This document shows, one piece after another, positions 1 through 11,598 of a DNA stretch of 64,000 bases. Every line of letters begins with the position of its first letter. Within the stretch, counting starts at the first letter, position 1. Under the pieces are notes generated by a model. That model worked only from the letters and a program-made list of their open reading frames with translations. It had not been told where the DNA came from and made no database searches. Source of the DNA: Haemophilus parainfluenzae (lineage in GTDB: Bacteria > Pseudomonadota > Gammaproteobacteria > Enterobacterales > Pasteurellaceae); assembly GCA_018378615.1 (NCBI GenBank), contig JAGZXE010000004.1:4749-68748 (forward strand), given 5' to 3'. A program made the position numbers and the translations under genes.

Positions 1-221
1 TCTTCAATATGAAGTCCCGGCGTATCGACGTAAATTTCCTGGTAGATACCTTCCGTTTTAATTCCCACAATACGGTGACGCGTAGTTTGCGCCTTGCGAG
101 ACGTAATCGAGATTTTTTGTCCCAAAATTTTATTTAACAGGGTAGATTTCCCTACATTTGGGCGACCTACGATAGCGATAAAGCCACAATAGGTCTCTTG
201 TTCTTGATTTAATTCGGTCAT
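1..221 (-). CDS. era: GTPase Era (5' part; runs off window)
   Basis: Manual translation from ATG at 221: [30 protein letters not shown]... (P-loop); directly downstream of rnc. Confidence 0.97.
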   Translation of the reverse strand, partial: MTELNQEQETYCGFIAIVGRPNVGKSTLLNKILGQKISITSRKAQTTRHRIVGIKTEGIYQEIYVDTPGLHIE

Positions 222-642
222 TTAATTTCCAATGTTTTTAAGATTTGTTCTGCGGCCGCTTGTTCTGCTTATCTAATGCCATTGCGCCAATTACTGCTTC
301 AACACAATCCGCCAAAATCGATTCACGACGAAAGCCACCACTTTTCAATTCACCAGAACCTAAGGACATATAATCCCCTAGCTCAAAATTGCGGGCAATC
401 ATCGCCAGGGTTGGCTCACGAACTAATGTGGCACGCATTCTGCTAAGTTCACCTTCATTACAACGAGGGAATTGATGATAAAGCGCATCCGCGATGACAT
501 AATTGAGAATCGAATCACCTAGAAATTCTAGGCGTTCATTATGTTGAGTGGAGGCACTGCGGTGTGTCAGTGCCAATTTTAAATTTTTTAGATCGGAAAA
601 TTGATAACCAATTTTTCGTTCCAGACGATCTAAATGATTCAT
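218..642 (-). pseudogene. rnc: Ribonuclease III with internal deletion and frameshift (dsRNA-binding domain missing)
   Basis: RNase III signature [10 protein letters not shown] and DCVEA present. After ...AMALD (about 271) the sequence jumps to the native tail [16 protein letters not shown] in another frame (TGA 218-220, overlapping the era ATG). The ORF now stops at 238 (134 aa). Confidence 0.88.
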
Positions 643-643
643 A

Positions 644-1693
644 TTAATTAATTTTTGTAAAGAAACGGTCTAAACGGAAGCCTGTAGGCCACTCATTTGG
701 TTCTTTTTCTAAACTCATCCAAATATAAGTGGCTTTACCCACGATATTTTTTTCTGGTACAAATCCCCAAAAACGGCTGTCATCACTATGATCACGGTTA
801 TCCCCCATCACAAAATATTGCCCTTCAGGCACAATCCATTCAGCAGTAGGTAAGCCTTCTTGTGGATAGAATTCAATCCCCGAATAACGGCGCATTGGCT
901 CCACTAAAATACTGTGTGTCACGTCACCGATTTCCAAATATTCCACTTGCGTTGGGAATGCTGGATTTGTGGGTTCTTGTTTATATTCAAACGCTTTAGT
1001 TTGGCAATCTACTTCGCAAGGTTTGCCATCTTTGCCATAAACCAGTGTTAAAGCACTTTTTTCAACATCAAGGATAATGCGGTCACCGCCTTTCCCTATA
1101 ATACGTTTAATGTAATCTACACCAGACATATTGTTTTTAGATGTTAACGCAAGATTTTCAGCATAAGCCGCTCGTGTTGCCCCTAAACTTGTACGAAGTA
1201 ACGCTTGCTCCGGTGCTTTAAACACAATTACATCACCACGTTCTGGTTTGTTACCTTCAATAATCGTATTTTGGAAAATAGGGTCTTTAATACCATAAGT
1301 ATATTTATTAACAACGAGAAAATCCCCTACGCGTAACGTCGCTTCCATTGATCCTGATGGAATCTGAAACGGCTCAAAAATAAATGAACGTACAAGAAAC
1401 ACCACGGATAACACGGGGAAAAGCGAAGAAATAAATTCTGAACCTTCTGAAATAGGGTCAATTTTCGCTTTTTCTTCATCCGTTAATGCTTTGCCTGAAC
1501 GTTGTTCTGCGCGTGCAATTTGACGACGACGTCTCGGCATCACGGCAAAGCGGTGATAACACCATAAAATGCCGGAAAGTGCGGTTAAAATCAGCAATAA
1601 AATACTAAATGTGTTAGGCAGCTGGAAATAATCTAACGCTTTCCAACCAGCAAAGCCTACGGCTAACAACAGAATAAAAAATACATTCGACAT
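644..1693 (-). CDS. lepB: Signal peptidase I
   Basis: [18 protein letters not shown] and [14 protein letters not shown] motifs; lepA-lepB-rnc-era synteny. Confidence 0.97.
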   Translation of the reverse strand: MSNVFFILLLAVGFAGWKALDYFQLPNTFSILLLILTALSGILWCYHRFAVMPRRRRQIARAEQRSGKALTDEEKAKIDPISEGSEFISSLFPVLSVVFLVRSFIFEPFQIPSGSMEATLRVGDFLVVNKYTYGIKDPIFQNTIIEGNKPERGDVIVFKAPEQALLRTSLGATRAAYAENLALTSKNNMSGVDYIKRIIGKGGDRIILDVEKSALTLVYGKDGKPCEVDCQTKAFEYKQEPTNPAFPTQVEYLEIGDVTHSILVEPMRRYSGIEFYPQEGLPTAEWIVPEGQYFVMGDNRDHSDDSRFWGFVPEKNIVGKATYIWMSLEKEPNEWPTGFRLDRFFTKIN

Positions 1694-1705
1694 TGCTCTA
1701 CTTTC

Positions 1706-3502
1706 CTATTTATCTTTACCAACATGTAAGATCGCTAAAAACGCTTCTTGCGGCACTTCCACGTTACCTAAAGATTTCATTCGTTTTTTACCTTCTTTCT
1801 GTTTCTGTAAAAGTTTTTTCTTACGGCTCACATCACCACCATAACATTTTGCTAATACGTTTTTACGCAATTGTTTTACCGTTGAACGCGCAATAATGTG
1901 GTTACCAATCGCGGCTTGGATAGCGATATCAAATTGTTGACGTGGAATCAGTTCACGCATTTTTTCAACCAATTCTCGACCACGATAAGGAGCATTATCT
2001 TTATGAACGATTAACGCTAACGCATCGACACGATCACCATTGATCATGATATCCACACGTACCATGTCCGCTGCTTGGAAACGTTTGAAACCATAATCCA
2101 AAGACGCATAACCACGCGATGTTGATTTCAAGCGGTCGAAGAAATCTAATACTACTTCGCCCATTGGGATTTCATAAGTTAACGCAATCTGGTTACCGTG
2201 ATATACCATATTAGTTTGTACGCCACGTTTTTCCACACAAAGGGTGATGACATTTCCTAAGAATTCTTGTGGCACGAGCATATTACACTCTGCAATCGGC
2301 TCTCGAATTTCCGCAATATTATTTAATGGCGGCAGTTTTGATGGACTATCCACATAAACCACTTCACCATTGGTCATTTCAACTTCATAAATTACAGTTG
2401 GTGCTGTAGTAATCAAATCAAGATCGTATTCACGCTCTAAACGCTCTTGAATGATCTCCATGTGTAAAAGCCCCAAGAAGCCACAACGGAAACCAAAACC
2501 TAAAGCCGTTGAGTTTTCTGGCTCATAGAACAGCGATGCATCGTTTAGACTTAATTTACCTAATGCATCACGGAAAGCCTCATAATCGTCAGAGCTAACT
2601 GGGAATAAACCAGCATAAACCTGCGGTTTTACTTTCTTAAAACCTGGCAATACATGGCTTGCTGGATTGTGTTGATGCGTTAAGGTATCCCCTACTGGTG
2701 CCCCTAAAATATCTTTAATCGCACAAACAACCCAACCTACTTCACCGGTATTTAATACAGTCGTATCCACTTGTTTTGGCGTGAAAATACCTAGACGATC
2801 GACGTTGTAAGCTTGCCCGGTGGACATTACTTTGATTTTGTCACCTTTACGCAACACACCATTCTTAATACGAACTAATGACACCACGCCTAAATAGTTA
2901 TCGAACCAAGAGTCAATAATCAATGCTTGTAACGGTGCATCAGGATCACCTTCTGGTGCAGGAATTTTCGCAACAATTTCTTCTAATACATCTTCAATAC
3001 CCACACCGGTTTTCGCCGAACAACGTACTGCTTCCATCGCATCAATACCCACGATGTCTTCAATTTCTTCCGCAACACGTTCTGGATCCGCTGCCGGTAA
3101 GTCGATTTTATTTAAAATCGGCACGACTTCTAAATCCATTTCAATGGCGGTGTAGCAGTTTGCCAAGGTTTGTGCTTCTACGCCCTGTCCTGCATCCACA
3201 ACTAACAATGCCCCTTCACAAGCTGCAAGAGAGCGCGATACTTCATAAGAGAAGTCCACGTGCCCTGGTGTATCGATAAAGTTTAATTGGTAAGTTTCAC
3301 CGTCTTTGGCCTGATAATTTAAGGTTACACTTTGCGCTTTAATGGTAATACCGCGCTCACGCTCAAGATCCATGGAATCCAATACCTGCGCTTCCATTTC
3401 ACGATCTGAAAGGCCACCACAGGTCTGAATTAATCGGTCAGAAAGAGTCGATTTACCGTGGTCAATATGGGCAATAATAGAAAAGTTGCGAATATTCTTC
3501 AT
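1706..3502 (-). CDS. lepA: Elongation factor 4
   Basis: [20 protein letters not shown] start; 598 aa from ATG 3502. Confidence 0.98.
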   Translation of the reverse strand: MKNIRNFSIIAHIDHGKSTLSDRLIQTCGGLSDREMEAQVLDSMDLERERGITIKAQSVTLNYQAKDGETYQLNFIDTPGHVDFSYEVSRSLAACEGALLVVDAGQGVEAQTLANCYTAIEMDLEVVPILNKIDLPAADPERVAEEIEDIVGIDAMEAVRCSAKTGVGIEDVLEEIVAKIPAPEGDPDAPLQALIIDSWFDNYLGVVSLVRIKNGVLRKGDKIKVMSTGQAYNVDRLGIFTPKQVDTTVLNTGEVGWVVCAIKDILGAPVGDTLTHQHNPASHVLPGFKKVKPQVYAGLFPVSSDDYEAFRDALGKLSLNDASLFYEPENSTALGFGFRCGFLGLLHMEIIQERLEREYDLDLITTAPTVIYEVEMTNGEVVYVDSPSKLPPLNNIAEIREPIAECNMLVPQEFLGNVITLCVEKRGVQTNMVYHGNQIALTYEIPMGEVVLDFFDRLKSTSRGYASLDYGFKRFQAADMVRVDIMINGDRVDALALIVHKDNAPYRGRELVEKMRELIPRQQFDIAIQAAIGNHIIARSTVKQLRKNVLAKCYGGDVSRKKKLLQKQKEGKKRMKSLGNVEVPQEAFLAILHVGKDK

Positions 3503-3618
3503 AAATAGATTAGTTTTCTCAAAAATCATTAAATTTAACTGGCGGATTGTACCTGAAAAGCGCGGAAATCGCTAGGGATGAAAGGGAAAAGTGCGGTCAA
3601 ATTTTGAAACCTTTTACA

Positions 3619-3656
3619 TAAAACAAAACCCCGAATTACTTCGGGGTTTCTTTTTT
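3619..3656. terminator. Intrinsic terminator after grcA
   Basis: AAACCCCGAA-TTAC-TTCGGGGTTT hairpin with A and T tracts on either side. Confidence 0.8.
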
Positions 3657-3670
3657 CATTCAAACTGAAA

Positions 3671-4054
3671 TTATAGGCTTTCAGTGAAAGTACGAGTAAT
3701 AACGTCGCGTTGTTGTTCTGGCGTTAAAGAGTTGAAGCGTACTGCATAACCAGAAACACGGATGGTTAATTGTGGGTATTTATCCGGGTTGTTTACTGCA
3801 TCTTCTAAAGTTTCACGACGTAATACGTTTACGTTTAAGTGTTGACCACCTTCAACTTTAACTGTTGGTGCTACGTTTACCGGTAATTCACGGTATTCGA
3901 TTTGGCCTAATTCACTCACTGCTACTACTTGGTCTTCTGCGAATTCAGCTTTTGCACATAAACAACGAGCTTCATTTTTTTCGCTGTCTAATAACCAGAA
4001 TGAGTTTAAAAGATTGTCATTTGCTGCTTGAGTAATTTGAATACCTTTGATCAT
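3671..4054 (-). CDS. grcA: Autonomous glycyl radical cofactor
   Basis: 127 aa; [15 protein letters not shown] glycyl-radical motif; divergent from ung. Confidence 0.97.
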   Translation of the reverse strand: MIKGIQITQAANDNLLNSFWLLDSEKNEARCLCAKAEFAEDQVVAVSELGQIEYRELPVNVAPTVKVEGGQHLNVNVLRRETLEDAVNNPDKYPQLTIRVSGYAVRFNSLTPEQQRDVITRTFTESL

Positions 4055-4176
4055 AAAGTGCCTCCTAATTTGGCCGTTGTATATTTATTAAACTGTGCAA
4101 ATTTTATCAAACTATTTGAAGAATTCAATTAATTTTGACCTAAAACAGGTTCTTTTTTCTGACTAATTTTTAAAAA

Positions 4177-4190
4177 TTGATCTAGATTAA
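4177..4190. promoter_or_regulatory. Putative FNR site upstream of grcA
   Basis: TTGAT-CTAG-ATTAA, one mismatch to TTGAT-N4-ATCAA; E. coli grcA/yfiD is FNR-regulated. Confidence 0.65.
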
Positions 4191-4319
4191 AGTTTCAGCC
4201 ACAGCAAGGCCTCAAAACACTCCGACTTTTAACAAGGTATTAACATAATTCTCAGATAAAGCCTTTCTAAGCAATTTCATTTATAATGTGCTCAAGCTTA
4301 TCCAATAAGGAAATACAGA

Positions 4320-4979
4320 ATGAAAACCTGGACAGATGTTATCGGTCAAGAGAAAGAAAAACCTTACTTTAAACACATTCTACAACAAGTCCATCAAGAG
4401 CGACTCGCGGGGAAAACCATTTATCCACCGCAAGACGAAGTGTTTAATGCCTTTAAATATACGGCATTTGATGAGGTGAAAGTCGTCATTTTAGGACAGG
4501 ATCCCTATCATGGCCCAAATCAAGCGCACGGTTTAGCTTTTTCGGTGAAACCTGAGGTTGCAATTCCCCCTTCTCTACTGAATATGTACAAAGAATTGGC
4601 TAACGACATTCCAGGTTTTCACATGCCAAATCATGGCTACTTAGTGAAATGGGCGGAGCAAGGTGTACTGCTGCTTAACACCGTACTGACCGTAGAACGT
4701 GGCATGGCTCATTCACACGCTAAGTTTGGTTGGGAAATTTTTACAGACCAAGTAATTGCAGCACTCAATGAACACCGTGAAAAAATAGTATTTTTACTTT
4801 GGGGAAGCCATGCTCAGAAAAAAGGGCAATTTATTGATCGTAATCGTCATTATGTTTTAACTGCCCCGCATCCTTCTCCACTTTCTGCACATCGTGGTTT
4901 TCTAGGATGTCATCATTTTTCTAAAACTAACGAATATTTAAAACAAAATGGTTTAACTGAAATTGATTGGCAAGTTTAA
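4320..4979 (+). CDS. ung: Uracil-DNA glycosylase
   Basis: GQDPYH and HPSPLS motifs. Confidence 0.98.
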   Translation: MKTWTDVIGQEKEKPYFKHILQQVHQERLAGKTIYPPQDEVFNAFKYTAFDEVKVVILGQDPYHGPNQAHGLAFSVKPEVAIPPSLLNMYKELANDIPGFHMPNHGYLVKWAEQGVLLLNTVLTVERGMAHSHAKFGWEIFTDQVIAALNEHREKIVFLLWGSHAQKKGQFIDRNRHYVLTAPHPSPLSAHRGFLGCHHFSKTNEYLKQNGLTEIDWQV

Positions 4980-5494
4980 GATTGCGGCTCAACATCAAGC
5001 GGGAGATTCTTTTCCCGCTTTTCTTCCTTTTTCTGCTCTCGTCTTTTTTTAAAAAAATCACTCAATTTCTGACCGCACTTTTCTGCGAGCACGCCAGAGG
5101 TAATTTCTAACGTATGATTCATTTTATAATCATCAAAGAAATGAAAGCGAGAACCTACAGCCCCTGTTTTATAATCTGACGCACCGAAGACTAAACGTTT
5201 AATCCGGCTATGTAAAATCGCACCCGCACACATAGTACAAGGCTCAAGGGTGACATAGAGTGTGGTATTGAGCAGACGATAATTTTGAATATTTTGTGCT
5301 GCATTACGTAATGCGACAATTTCAGCGTGAGCGGTTGGATCATTTTCAATAATGGATAAATTCCAGCCTTCACCGAGAATATTTCCTTCATCATCCACCA
5401 ACACCGCCCCGACAGGAATTTCGCCGAGTGCTTCTGCACGATCGGCAAGCATCAGGGCGTGTTGCATAAATTTCTCGTCTAAATCTGACCGCAC
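4976..5494 (-). CDS. tadA: tRNA adenosine(34) deaminase
   Basis: HAE and PCTMC zinc-binding deaminase motifs. Confidence 0.96.
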   Translation of the reverse strand: MRSDLDEKFMQHALMLADRAEALGEIPVGAVLVDDEGNILGEGWNLSIIENDPTAHAEIVALRNAAQNIQNYRLLNTTLYVTLEPCTMCAGAILHSRIKRLVFGASDYKTGAVGSRFHFFDDYKMNHTLEITSGVLAEKCGQKLSDFFKKRREQKKEEKREKNLPLDVEPQS

Positions 5495-5503
5495 GTTGAA
5501 TGC

Positions 5504-6355
5504 CTAAACAGAGAAAGGATATTTGATTGGTTCGTGAGATTGATAACCCACCACCTTGAAATCATCCATTGTTACCCAAGTTTCAAGATCTTCAAGGGTT
5601 TTAATATCTGGATTAATTTCTAATTGTGGTGAAGGGAATGGTTCACGTTTTAATTGCACATCACGCATTAACTCAAGTTGGTCTTCATAAATATGCGCAT
5701 TGACAATTTTATGATATGCCTTACCCGGTTTATTACCAGTAATTTGCGCCATTAATGCAAGGAAAGTAAAGACTTGAATTTGATTGAAGTTTAAGCCAAG
5801 TGGTACATCACAAGAACGCTGATAGCTCGTTAAGTGCAATGTATCGCCCACTAAGGAGAAAGTGTGTGTGTGCATACAAGGACGCAAACAACCCAAATCA
5901 AATTCGCCAGGATTGAAGAAAGTCAGAATTTCGCCACGATCATCAATACCTCGACTTAAATTATTCACAATTTTACGAAGTTGATCGATGGTTTCACCAT
6001 TCGGTTTACGCCATGCTCGGCCTTGCACACCATAAACACGGCCCATATCATCGGTGCCTTTACGATGTGGATTAGCAAGCCAAGCGGCATTTTCATTGGC
6101 ATTAGCATCCCACGTTTTGGTACCAAGCTTACGGAAATCAGCCGCATTATCATAACCACGGATATAACCTAAAAACTCTGCAATCGCCGCTTTCCAATAG
6201 CTTTTTCGCGTGGTAATTAAGGGGAATTGGTTATTGGCAACATCATATTCTAGATCCGCATTAATCACTGTTAGGCAACGCTTGCCAGTACGCTCATTAG
6301 CAACCCACTCACCTTCATTTACAATACGTCGGCAAAGATCTAAATATTGTTTCAT
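5504..6355 (-). CDS. thyA: Thymidylate synthase
   Basis: LRPCMH and [10 protein letters not shown] motifs; downstream of lgt. Confidence 0.97.
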   Translation of the reverse strand: MKQYLDLCRRIVNEGEWVANERTGKRCLTVINADLEYDVANNQFPLITTRKSYWKAAIAEFLGYIRGYDNAADFRKLGTKTWDANANENAAWLANPHRKGTDDMGRVYGVQGRAWRKPNGETIDQLRKIVNNLSRGIDDRGEILTFFNPGEFDLGCLRPCMHTHTFSLVGDTLHLTSYQRSCDVPLGLNFNQIQVFTFLALMAQITGNKPGKAYHKIVNAHIYEDQLELMRDVQLKREPFPSPQLEINPDIKTLEDLETWVTMDDFKVVGYQSHEPIKYPFSV

Positions 6356-6364
6356 AAAAACTCC

Positions 6365-7174
6365 TTACTGATGAACCGCACTTTTAGAGCGATTGTATGC
6401 CCATGCCATAATTAATCCACCGCCAATAATCATCGGCAAACAAAGCGCTTGTCCACGAGTCATGATGCCTAAGAAAGATTCCACTTCAGGCTCACGGACA
6501 TATTCAACAATAAAACGGAAAATCCCGTAACCAACAAGGAATAATCCAGCTACCGAACCTACAGGACGAGGCTTTTTAATAAAGACATTCAGAATAATAA
6601 ACAGCACGAAACCTTCTAAGAACGCTTCATAAAGCTGTGAAGGATGGCGAGGTAATAACAATGGATCATTTGGGAAAATCATGGCCCAAGGCACATCCGT
6701 TTCTCGTCCCCAAAGTTCTAAATTGATGAAATTACCAATTCGTCCCATCCCTAAGCCGAATGGAATCAAGGGCGCTACAAAATCTGCCGTCTGCCAGAAG
6801 CTTCTTTTTTGAGAATAAGAGGTCCAAATCATTGAGATAATCACCCCAATTAATCCGCCATGGAATGACATTCCCCCTTCCCAAACACGGAATAAATACA
6901 GCGGATCTTGCACAAAACGATCGAAATTATAGAAGAAGACATCACCAATACGTCCCCCTAAAAATACCCCCATAAAAGCATTAAAAAGTAACGTATCCAC
7001 TTGATCCATAGTCCAACCACTATTTGGTTGATTGGCACGACGAACCGCCAGCCAACGAGCAAAGATAAAGCCTAATAGATACATTAAGCCATACCAACGC
7101 AGCCCAATATTGCTATCACCGAAAGTGAAAATAGTCGGATCAAAATGCGGAAGCATCAAAAATTCTGAATTCAT
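6365..7174 (-). CDS. lgt: Prolipoprotein diacylglyceryl transferase
   Basis: [16 protein letters not shown] and HPSQLYE motifs. Confidence 0.97.
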   Translation of the reverse strand: MNSEFLMLPHFDPTIFTFGDSNIGLRWYGLMYLLGFIFARWLAVRRANQPNSGWTMDQVDTLLFNAFMGVFLGGRIGDVFFYNFDRFVQDPLYLFRVWEGGMSFHGGLIGVIISMIWTSYSQKRSFWQTADFVAPLIPFGLGMGRIGNFINLELWGRETDVPWAMIFPNDPLLLPRHPSQLYEAFLEGFVLFIILNVFIKKPRPVGSVAGLFLVGYGIFRFIVEYVREPEVESFLGIMTRGQALCLPMIIGGGLIMAWAYNRSKSAVHQ

Positions 7175-7182
7175 AACATTCC

Positions 7183-7977
7183 TTATTTAATAAACATATC
7201 AACTGCGATCGCAACTAATAGCAAGGCAAAGCCTTTTTTCAAGGTTGGGACAGGGAGTTTGGAGGTTGCTGTTGCCCCTAGTTTAGAAGTGAAGAATGAA
7301 GTGCCCGTAATACCAAGCACGGCAGGCAAATAAACATAACCTAGGGAATAATCTGGCATGGCAGGATTACCCCAACCACTCACCATAAAGCTAAACATGC
7401 CTGATAAACCAAGAAGTGCCCCACAGAATGCAGAAGAACCGATGGCTTTTTTCATATCAATCCCGCGGGAATTTAAAAATGGCACGATAAAACCACCACC
7501 GCCAACTCCAGCAGCACTTGATGCCATCCCAATTAAAATACCACCGATAACAGATGCTTGTGTTGTTAAAGGTTTGGTTTTCCCTGTGTTTTTCTTAATA
7601 GAAATCACCATTTTTGCCGCTAAATATACGACTAAACAGGCAAAGATTTTGGCTGATACATCACGATCAAGTTTGCCAATAAACAAACCAGAGATAAAGA
7701 CTGAGATCATCACCATCGGTGCCAATACTTTCACGGCACTCCAGACTATATTACCTAGTTTATGGTGACGCTGTGCAGAAGAAAATCCAGTAATCACAAT
7801 GGTTGCAAATGAAGTCCCTAATGCGGTGGACATCAGCAAGGGTTCAGGTACTCCTACCATCGGCAATAAATAAACCAAGGTTGGAACAATAATTAACCCA
7901 CCACCAATGCCAAATAATCCGGCAAGAAAACCAACAACAGACCCGACCAATAAACAAAGTAGAATAAAAGTGAGCAT
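7183..7977 (-). CDS. TauE/SafE (TSUP) family membrane transporter
   Basis: [13 protein letters not shown] and [10 protein letters not shown] internal repeat; very hydrophobic. Confidence 0.85.
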   Translation of the reverse strand: MLTFILLCLLVGSVVGFLAGLFGIGGGLIIVPTLVYLLPMVGVPEPLLMSTALGTSFATIVITGFSSAQRHHKLGNIVWSAVKVLAPMVMISVFISGLFIGKLDRDVSAKIFACLVVYLAAKMVISIKKNTGKTKPLTTQASVIGGILIGMASSAAGVGGGGFIVPFLNSRGIDMKKAIGSSAFCGALLGLSGMFSFMVSGWGNPAMPDYSLGYVYLPAVLGITGTSFFTSKLGATATSKLPVPTLKKGFALLLVAIAVDMFIK

Positions 7978-8570
7978 TATTGCCCCCTTGATTTATAAAA
8001 TGAACGTTTTTGATATTTAGAAGAACCATTTTTACGCGCCGCATGATAAGGTTTATTTGTCTCATGCTCTTGCGTATTTTCAAGCAATGTTTTTTCGTTG
8101 CCAAACATCACTTGGGCAAACTCTTTCATCGCCTTGCGATAAACATCTTTCTTAAAGGACACAACCTGACGTACGGGATACCAAAAACTTACCCAACGCC
8201 AACCATCAAATTCCGGTGATTTTGTTGTGTTCATATTAATATTTTTTTCATCCCCCACTAATTGCAACAAAAACCAACGTTGTTTTTGCCCAATACACAC
8301 GGGTTTGCTGTCATAACGCAGCAATCTTTTCGGCAGCTTATAACGCAACCAATGTTTAGACGCGTAAAGCACCTTCACATCTTTGGGTTGCAAACCAACC
8401 TCTTCATATAATTCACGATACATGGCTTGTTCGGCACTTTCATTATCGTTAATTCCACCTTGCGGGAATTGCCACGAATTCTGCCCGTATCGTTTAGCCC
8501 AAAGCACCTGCCCTTTGCGATTACAAATGACAATGCCTACATTTGGACGGTAGCCATCAAAATCGATCAC
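7977..8570 (-). CDS. rppH: RNA pyrophosphohydrolase
   Basis: [10 protein letters not shown] start; Nudix box WQFPQGGI...RELYEEVGL. Confidence 0.97.
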   Translation of the reverse strand: MIDFDGYRPNVGIVICNRKGQVLWAKRYGQNSWQFPQGGINDNESAEQAMYRELYEEVGLQPKDVKVLYASKHWLRYKLPKRLLRYDSKPVCIGQKQRWFLLQLVGDEKNINMNTTKSPEFDGWRWVSFWYPVRQVVSFKKDVYRKAMKEFAQVMFGNEKTLLENTQEHETNKPYHAARKNGSSKYQKRSFYKSRGQ

Positions 8571-8659
8571 TATCGTTCACCTTAAATTTTGTACAAAAAT
8601 AATTTGCAGATTGTTTCATAAATTCGCTTTTTTATCAACCGAATGGGCATATTTACCCT

Positions 8660-9035
8660 ATTGTGGATAACTCTGTGGGTAACACTTGGATAGTCTAAAT
8701 TTAACTGTGTATAAAAATTAAAAACCGCTTTTCACACTTCATTTTTTTCATTTTTGCATAACCTTTAATCAAAAATTTTCCAAAAAAAATGACCGCACTT
8801 TTTCTCATCAAAGTGCGGTCAAAAATTCAGCCATTTTTTAGTTTAAACATTCCTGGCTTGGTGAAGAAATAACAGCTGTGAGTTATTCAATATTTCTGTG
8901 GATAAAATTGTGATTGAGCAAATGGTGACTGTTGCATAACTCTTCTTAGCATTTTACCATAGAGCTTTGAGGAAAAATTTTATCTTTAATTTCATAAAGA
9001 TAACGCTTATTCACAGAAATCATCTTATTCACATT
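8660..9035. promoter_or_regulatory. DnaA-box cluster, DARS2-like element
   Basis: Exact TTATNCACA/TGTGNATAA boxes at 8662, 8706, 8897, 9007 and 9025; degenerate boxes at 8674, 8883 and 8909; lies upstream of rppH. Confidence 0.75.
8790..8821. repeat. Inverted pair of DNA uptake signal sequences (USS)
   Basis: TGACCGCACTTT-TTCTCATC-AAAGTGCGGTCA. Confidence 0.9.
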
Positions 9036-9054
9036 CAAGTAAAAATTTTAGTGG

Positions 9055-9618
9055 TTATTTTTCATCCAAGCCTTTTTTGACTAACGCTAAATAGCGTTCC
9101 CATTCAAAATATTGACCAGGATCGATCTTACGACCAGGGGAAATATCGCAATGCCCAACGATACGATCGAGCGTTATTTTCGGGTAAGCTTGCATAATAT
9201 CTCGTGTTAATGCAGCAAGCACTTGGTATTGCTCCGCTGTAAAAGGTTGTTCATTACTGCCCTCTAGCTCAATCCCAATCGCAAAATCATTACATTTATC
9301 CCGTCCTTCAAAGCAAGAAAGCCCCGCATGCCATGCTCTATCATTGAAACTAACGTACTGTGTCACCTTGCCATCCCGTTCAATTAAACAATGGGCTGAC
9401 ACACGAAATTGATAAATCTCTTCAAAATAGGGATGGATGGTTGGATCGAGTTTTCCTTGGAAAAAATCATCTACATATCCACCACCAAATTGTTCTGGTG
9501 GCAAACTGATGTAATGAATGACGAGTAATGAAATATCCTCTACATTAGGACGTTCATCAAAATGTGGTGAAATTACTTTTCTTGTCTGGCTTAACCAGCC
9601 ATTTTTTATCTTATTCAT
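9055..9618 (-). CDS. ampD: 1,6-anhydro-N-acetylmuramyl-L-alanine amidase
   Basis: [18 protein letters not shown] and [14 protein letters not shown]; divergent from pilA. Confidence 0.96.
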   Translation of the reverse strand: MNKIKNGWLSQTRKVISPHFDERPNVEDISLLVIHYISLPPEQFGGGYVDDFFQGKLDPTIHPYFEEIYQFRVSAHCLIERDGKVTQYVSFNDRAWHAGLSCFEGRDKCNDFAIGIELEGSNEQPFTAEQYQVLAALTRDIMQAYPKITLDRIVGHCDISPGRKIDPGQYFEWERYLALVKKGLDEK

Positions 9619-9643
9619 CTGTTTTTCTGCGATTAAATTTCAT

Positions 9644-9665
9644 TTTTGCGATCTCGATCGCAAAA
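9644..9665. promoter_or_regulatory. CRP-S (Sxy-dependent competence) site of pilABCD
   Basis: TTTTGCGATCTCGATCGCAAAA with the TGCGA-N6-TCGCA core. Confidence 0.92.
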
Positions 9666-9760
9666 GAAGTACGGTCAGTTTTACTTTCATTTTTCCCTTT
9701 TACACAATGTTGCAGCCAATCCTGGCATTTTTTTATTCAACCAAAAGGAAATTTAATTTA

Positions 9761-10204
9761 ATGAAAATGACTTTTTCTAAACCCTTACATAAAGGTTTTA
9801 CGTTAATTGAATTGATGATCGTGATTGCGATTATTGCTATTCTCGCGACGATCGCCATTCCGTCTTATCAAAATTATACCAAAAAAGCGGCTATCTCCGA
9901 ATTGTTGCAAGCATCTGCACCTTATAAATCTGATGTGGAGTTATGTGTCTATAGCACCAATGCCCCGACAAACTGTTCAGGTGGTTCAAATGGCATTGCA
10001 GCAGACATCACTACTGCAAAAGGCTATGTCAAATCCATTACCACAAAATCAGGTGTGATTACGGTGACAGGAAATGGTGCATTGGATGGGATCAGTTATT
10101 CTTTAACGGCGACAGGCTCAACCTCATCAGGTGTTACCTGGACAACAGCTTGCCCAAGTAATGCTGATTTATTCCCAGCAGGCTTCTGTTCTTCTGCTAA
10201 ATAG
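9761..10204 (+). CDS. pilA: Type IV major pilin
   Basis: [24 protein letters not shown] prepilin motif; ATG 9761 follows AAGGA. Confidence 0.96.
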   Translation: MKMTFSKPLHKGFTLIELMIVIAIIAILATIAIPSYQNYTKKAAISELLQASAPYKSDVELCVYSTNAPTNCSGGSNGIAADITTAKGYVKSITTKSGVITVTGNGALDGISYSLTATGSTSSGVTWTTACPSNADLFPAGFCSSAK

Positions 10205-10210
10205 CGAAAC

Positions 10211-11590
10211 ATGGCTTATCAAGCAATCGCAAAAAATGGCGAGATTTATCATATCTCGCCACAATATTGGCAACAAAACCAACAGCAACAATCATTGCTG
10301 CTGCGTTACTTTGCGCTCCCTCTTAAAGAAGACGAACACCATTTATGGCTTGCGGTGGATTCGCTGAATAATCTTTCGGCTTGTGAAACCTTTGCTTTTT
10401 TAAGTGGAAAATTGGTTGAACCGATTTTATTTGAAACGACTCAACTCAAACAACTTTTACAATCCCTTGCACCTAAAGCCAATCAAATAGAAGAGCAAAC
10501 GACGTTTTATCATCATTCAGAAGACGAAAGCACGGCTAATTTATCTAATGATGATGAGCCCGTTATTCAATTATTAAATGGTATTTTTGAAACAGCCCTA
10601 CAAAAAAATGCCTCCGATATTCATTTAGAAACGCAGCCAAGTGGACTCTTAATTCGTTTACGTATTGATGGTGTACTACAACCACAACCAGTAATCAGTA
10701 AATCACTCGCCAATCGTGTAATTTCTCGTTTAAAACTCTTAGCCAAACTGGATATCAGTGAAACTCGATTACCACAAGATGGCCGCTTTCAATTCAAAAC
10801 GACGTTCTCCGATATTTTAGATTTCCGACTTTCTACCTTGCCCACGCATTGGGGAGAAAAAGCGGTATTACGATTACAACAAAATAAACCTGTTCAACTA
10901 AGTTTTGCTGAACTTGGCATGACACAAAATCAACAAAGTCAATTTCAACACGCGCTCAGCCAACCGCAAGGTTTAATCCTGGTGACAGGCCCAACGGGAA
11001 GTGGAAAAAGTATCTCGCTTTATACCGCACTTCAATGGCTCAATACGCCAGATAAACATATTATGACGGCAGAAGATCCCGTTGAAATTGAATTAGAGGG
11101 CATCATTCAAACTCAAGTGAATCCGCAAATCGGTTTAGATTTTAGCCGATTACTTCGTACATTTTTACGACAAGATCCCGACATTATTATGCTTGGTGAA
11201 ATTCGAGACGAAGAAAGTGCATTGATGGCATTAAGAGCGGCTCAAACAGGTCATCTAGTACTTTCTACCTTACATACCAACGATGCGATCTCAGCCATTT
11301 CACGCTTACACCAATTAGGCATTCAATCTCATGAAATTGAAAACAGTCTCTTATTAGTTATCGCACAACGATTGGTACGCAAACGTTGCTTAAAGTGCGG
11401 CCAACATTTTAGTGATTCTTGCGATTGCCATCAGGGATATCAAGGTCGTATTGGGGTATATCAATTTTTACAATGCGAAAACAACCGTTACCAAACTGAT
11501 TTTGAATCACTTTATCAAAGTGCGTTAGAAAAAGTGAAAGATCGCATCACCGATCTCGCCGAAATTCAACGCGTGTTAGGTAAAAAATAG
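10211..11590 (+). CDS. pilB: Type IV pilus assembly ATPase (GspE/PulE family)
   Basis: GPTGSGKS, LRQDPDIIMLGEIRD and TGHLVLSTLH. Confidence 0.95.
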   Translation: MAYQAIAKNGEIYHISPQYWQQNQQQQSLLLRYFALPLKEDEHHLWLAVDSLNNLSACETFAFLSGKLVEPILFETTQLKQLLQSLAPKANQIEEQTTFYHHSEDESTANLSNDDEPVIQLLNGIFETALQKNASDIHLETQPSGLLIRLRIDGVLQPQPVISKSLANRVISRLKLLAKLDISETRLPQDGRFQFKTTFSDILDFRLSTLPTHWGEKAVLRLQQNKPVQLSFAELGMTQNQQSQFQHALSQPQGLILVTGPTGSGKSISLYTALQWLNTPDKHIMTAEDPVEIELEGIIQTQVNPQIGLDFSRLLRTFLRQDPDIIMLGEIRDEESALMALRAAQTGHLVLSTLHTNDAISAISRLHQLGIQSHEIENSLLLVIAQRLVRKRCLKCGQHFSDSCDCHQGYQGRIGVYQFLQCENNRYQTDFESLYQSALEKVKDRITDLAEIQRVLGKK

Positions 11591-11598
11591 GTATTACT

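Noticed and set aside
8571..9054. oriC as the explanation for the DnaA-box cluster
   Set aside because: No GATC cluster or 13-mer repeats seen and no mnmG/mioC neighbours; position and triad geometry fit DARS better. GC skew was not computed.
9518..9760. N-terminal extension of pilA in the ORF track (likewise for fau, fadR, rlmH, lipB, yajC, rhlB)
   Set aside because: These extensions overlap promoters, 6S RNA or neighbouring genes; downstream ATGs give family-typical starts and lengths
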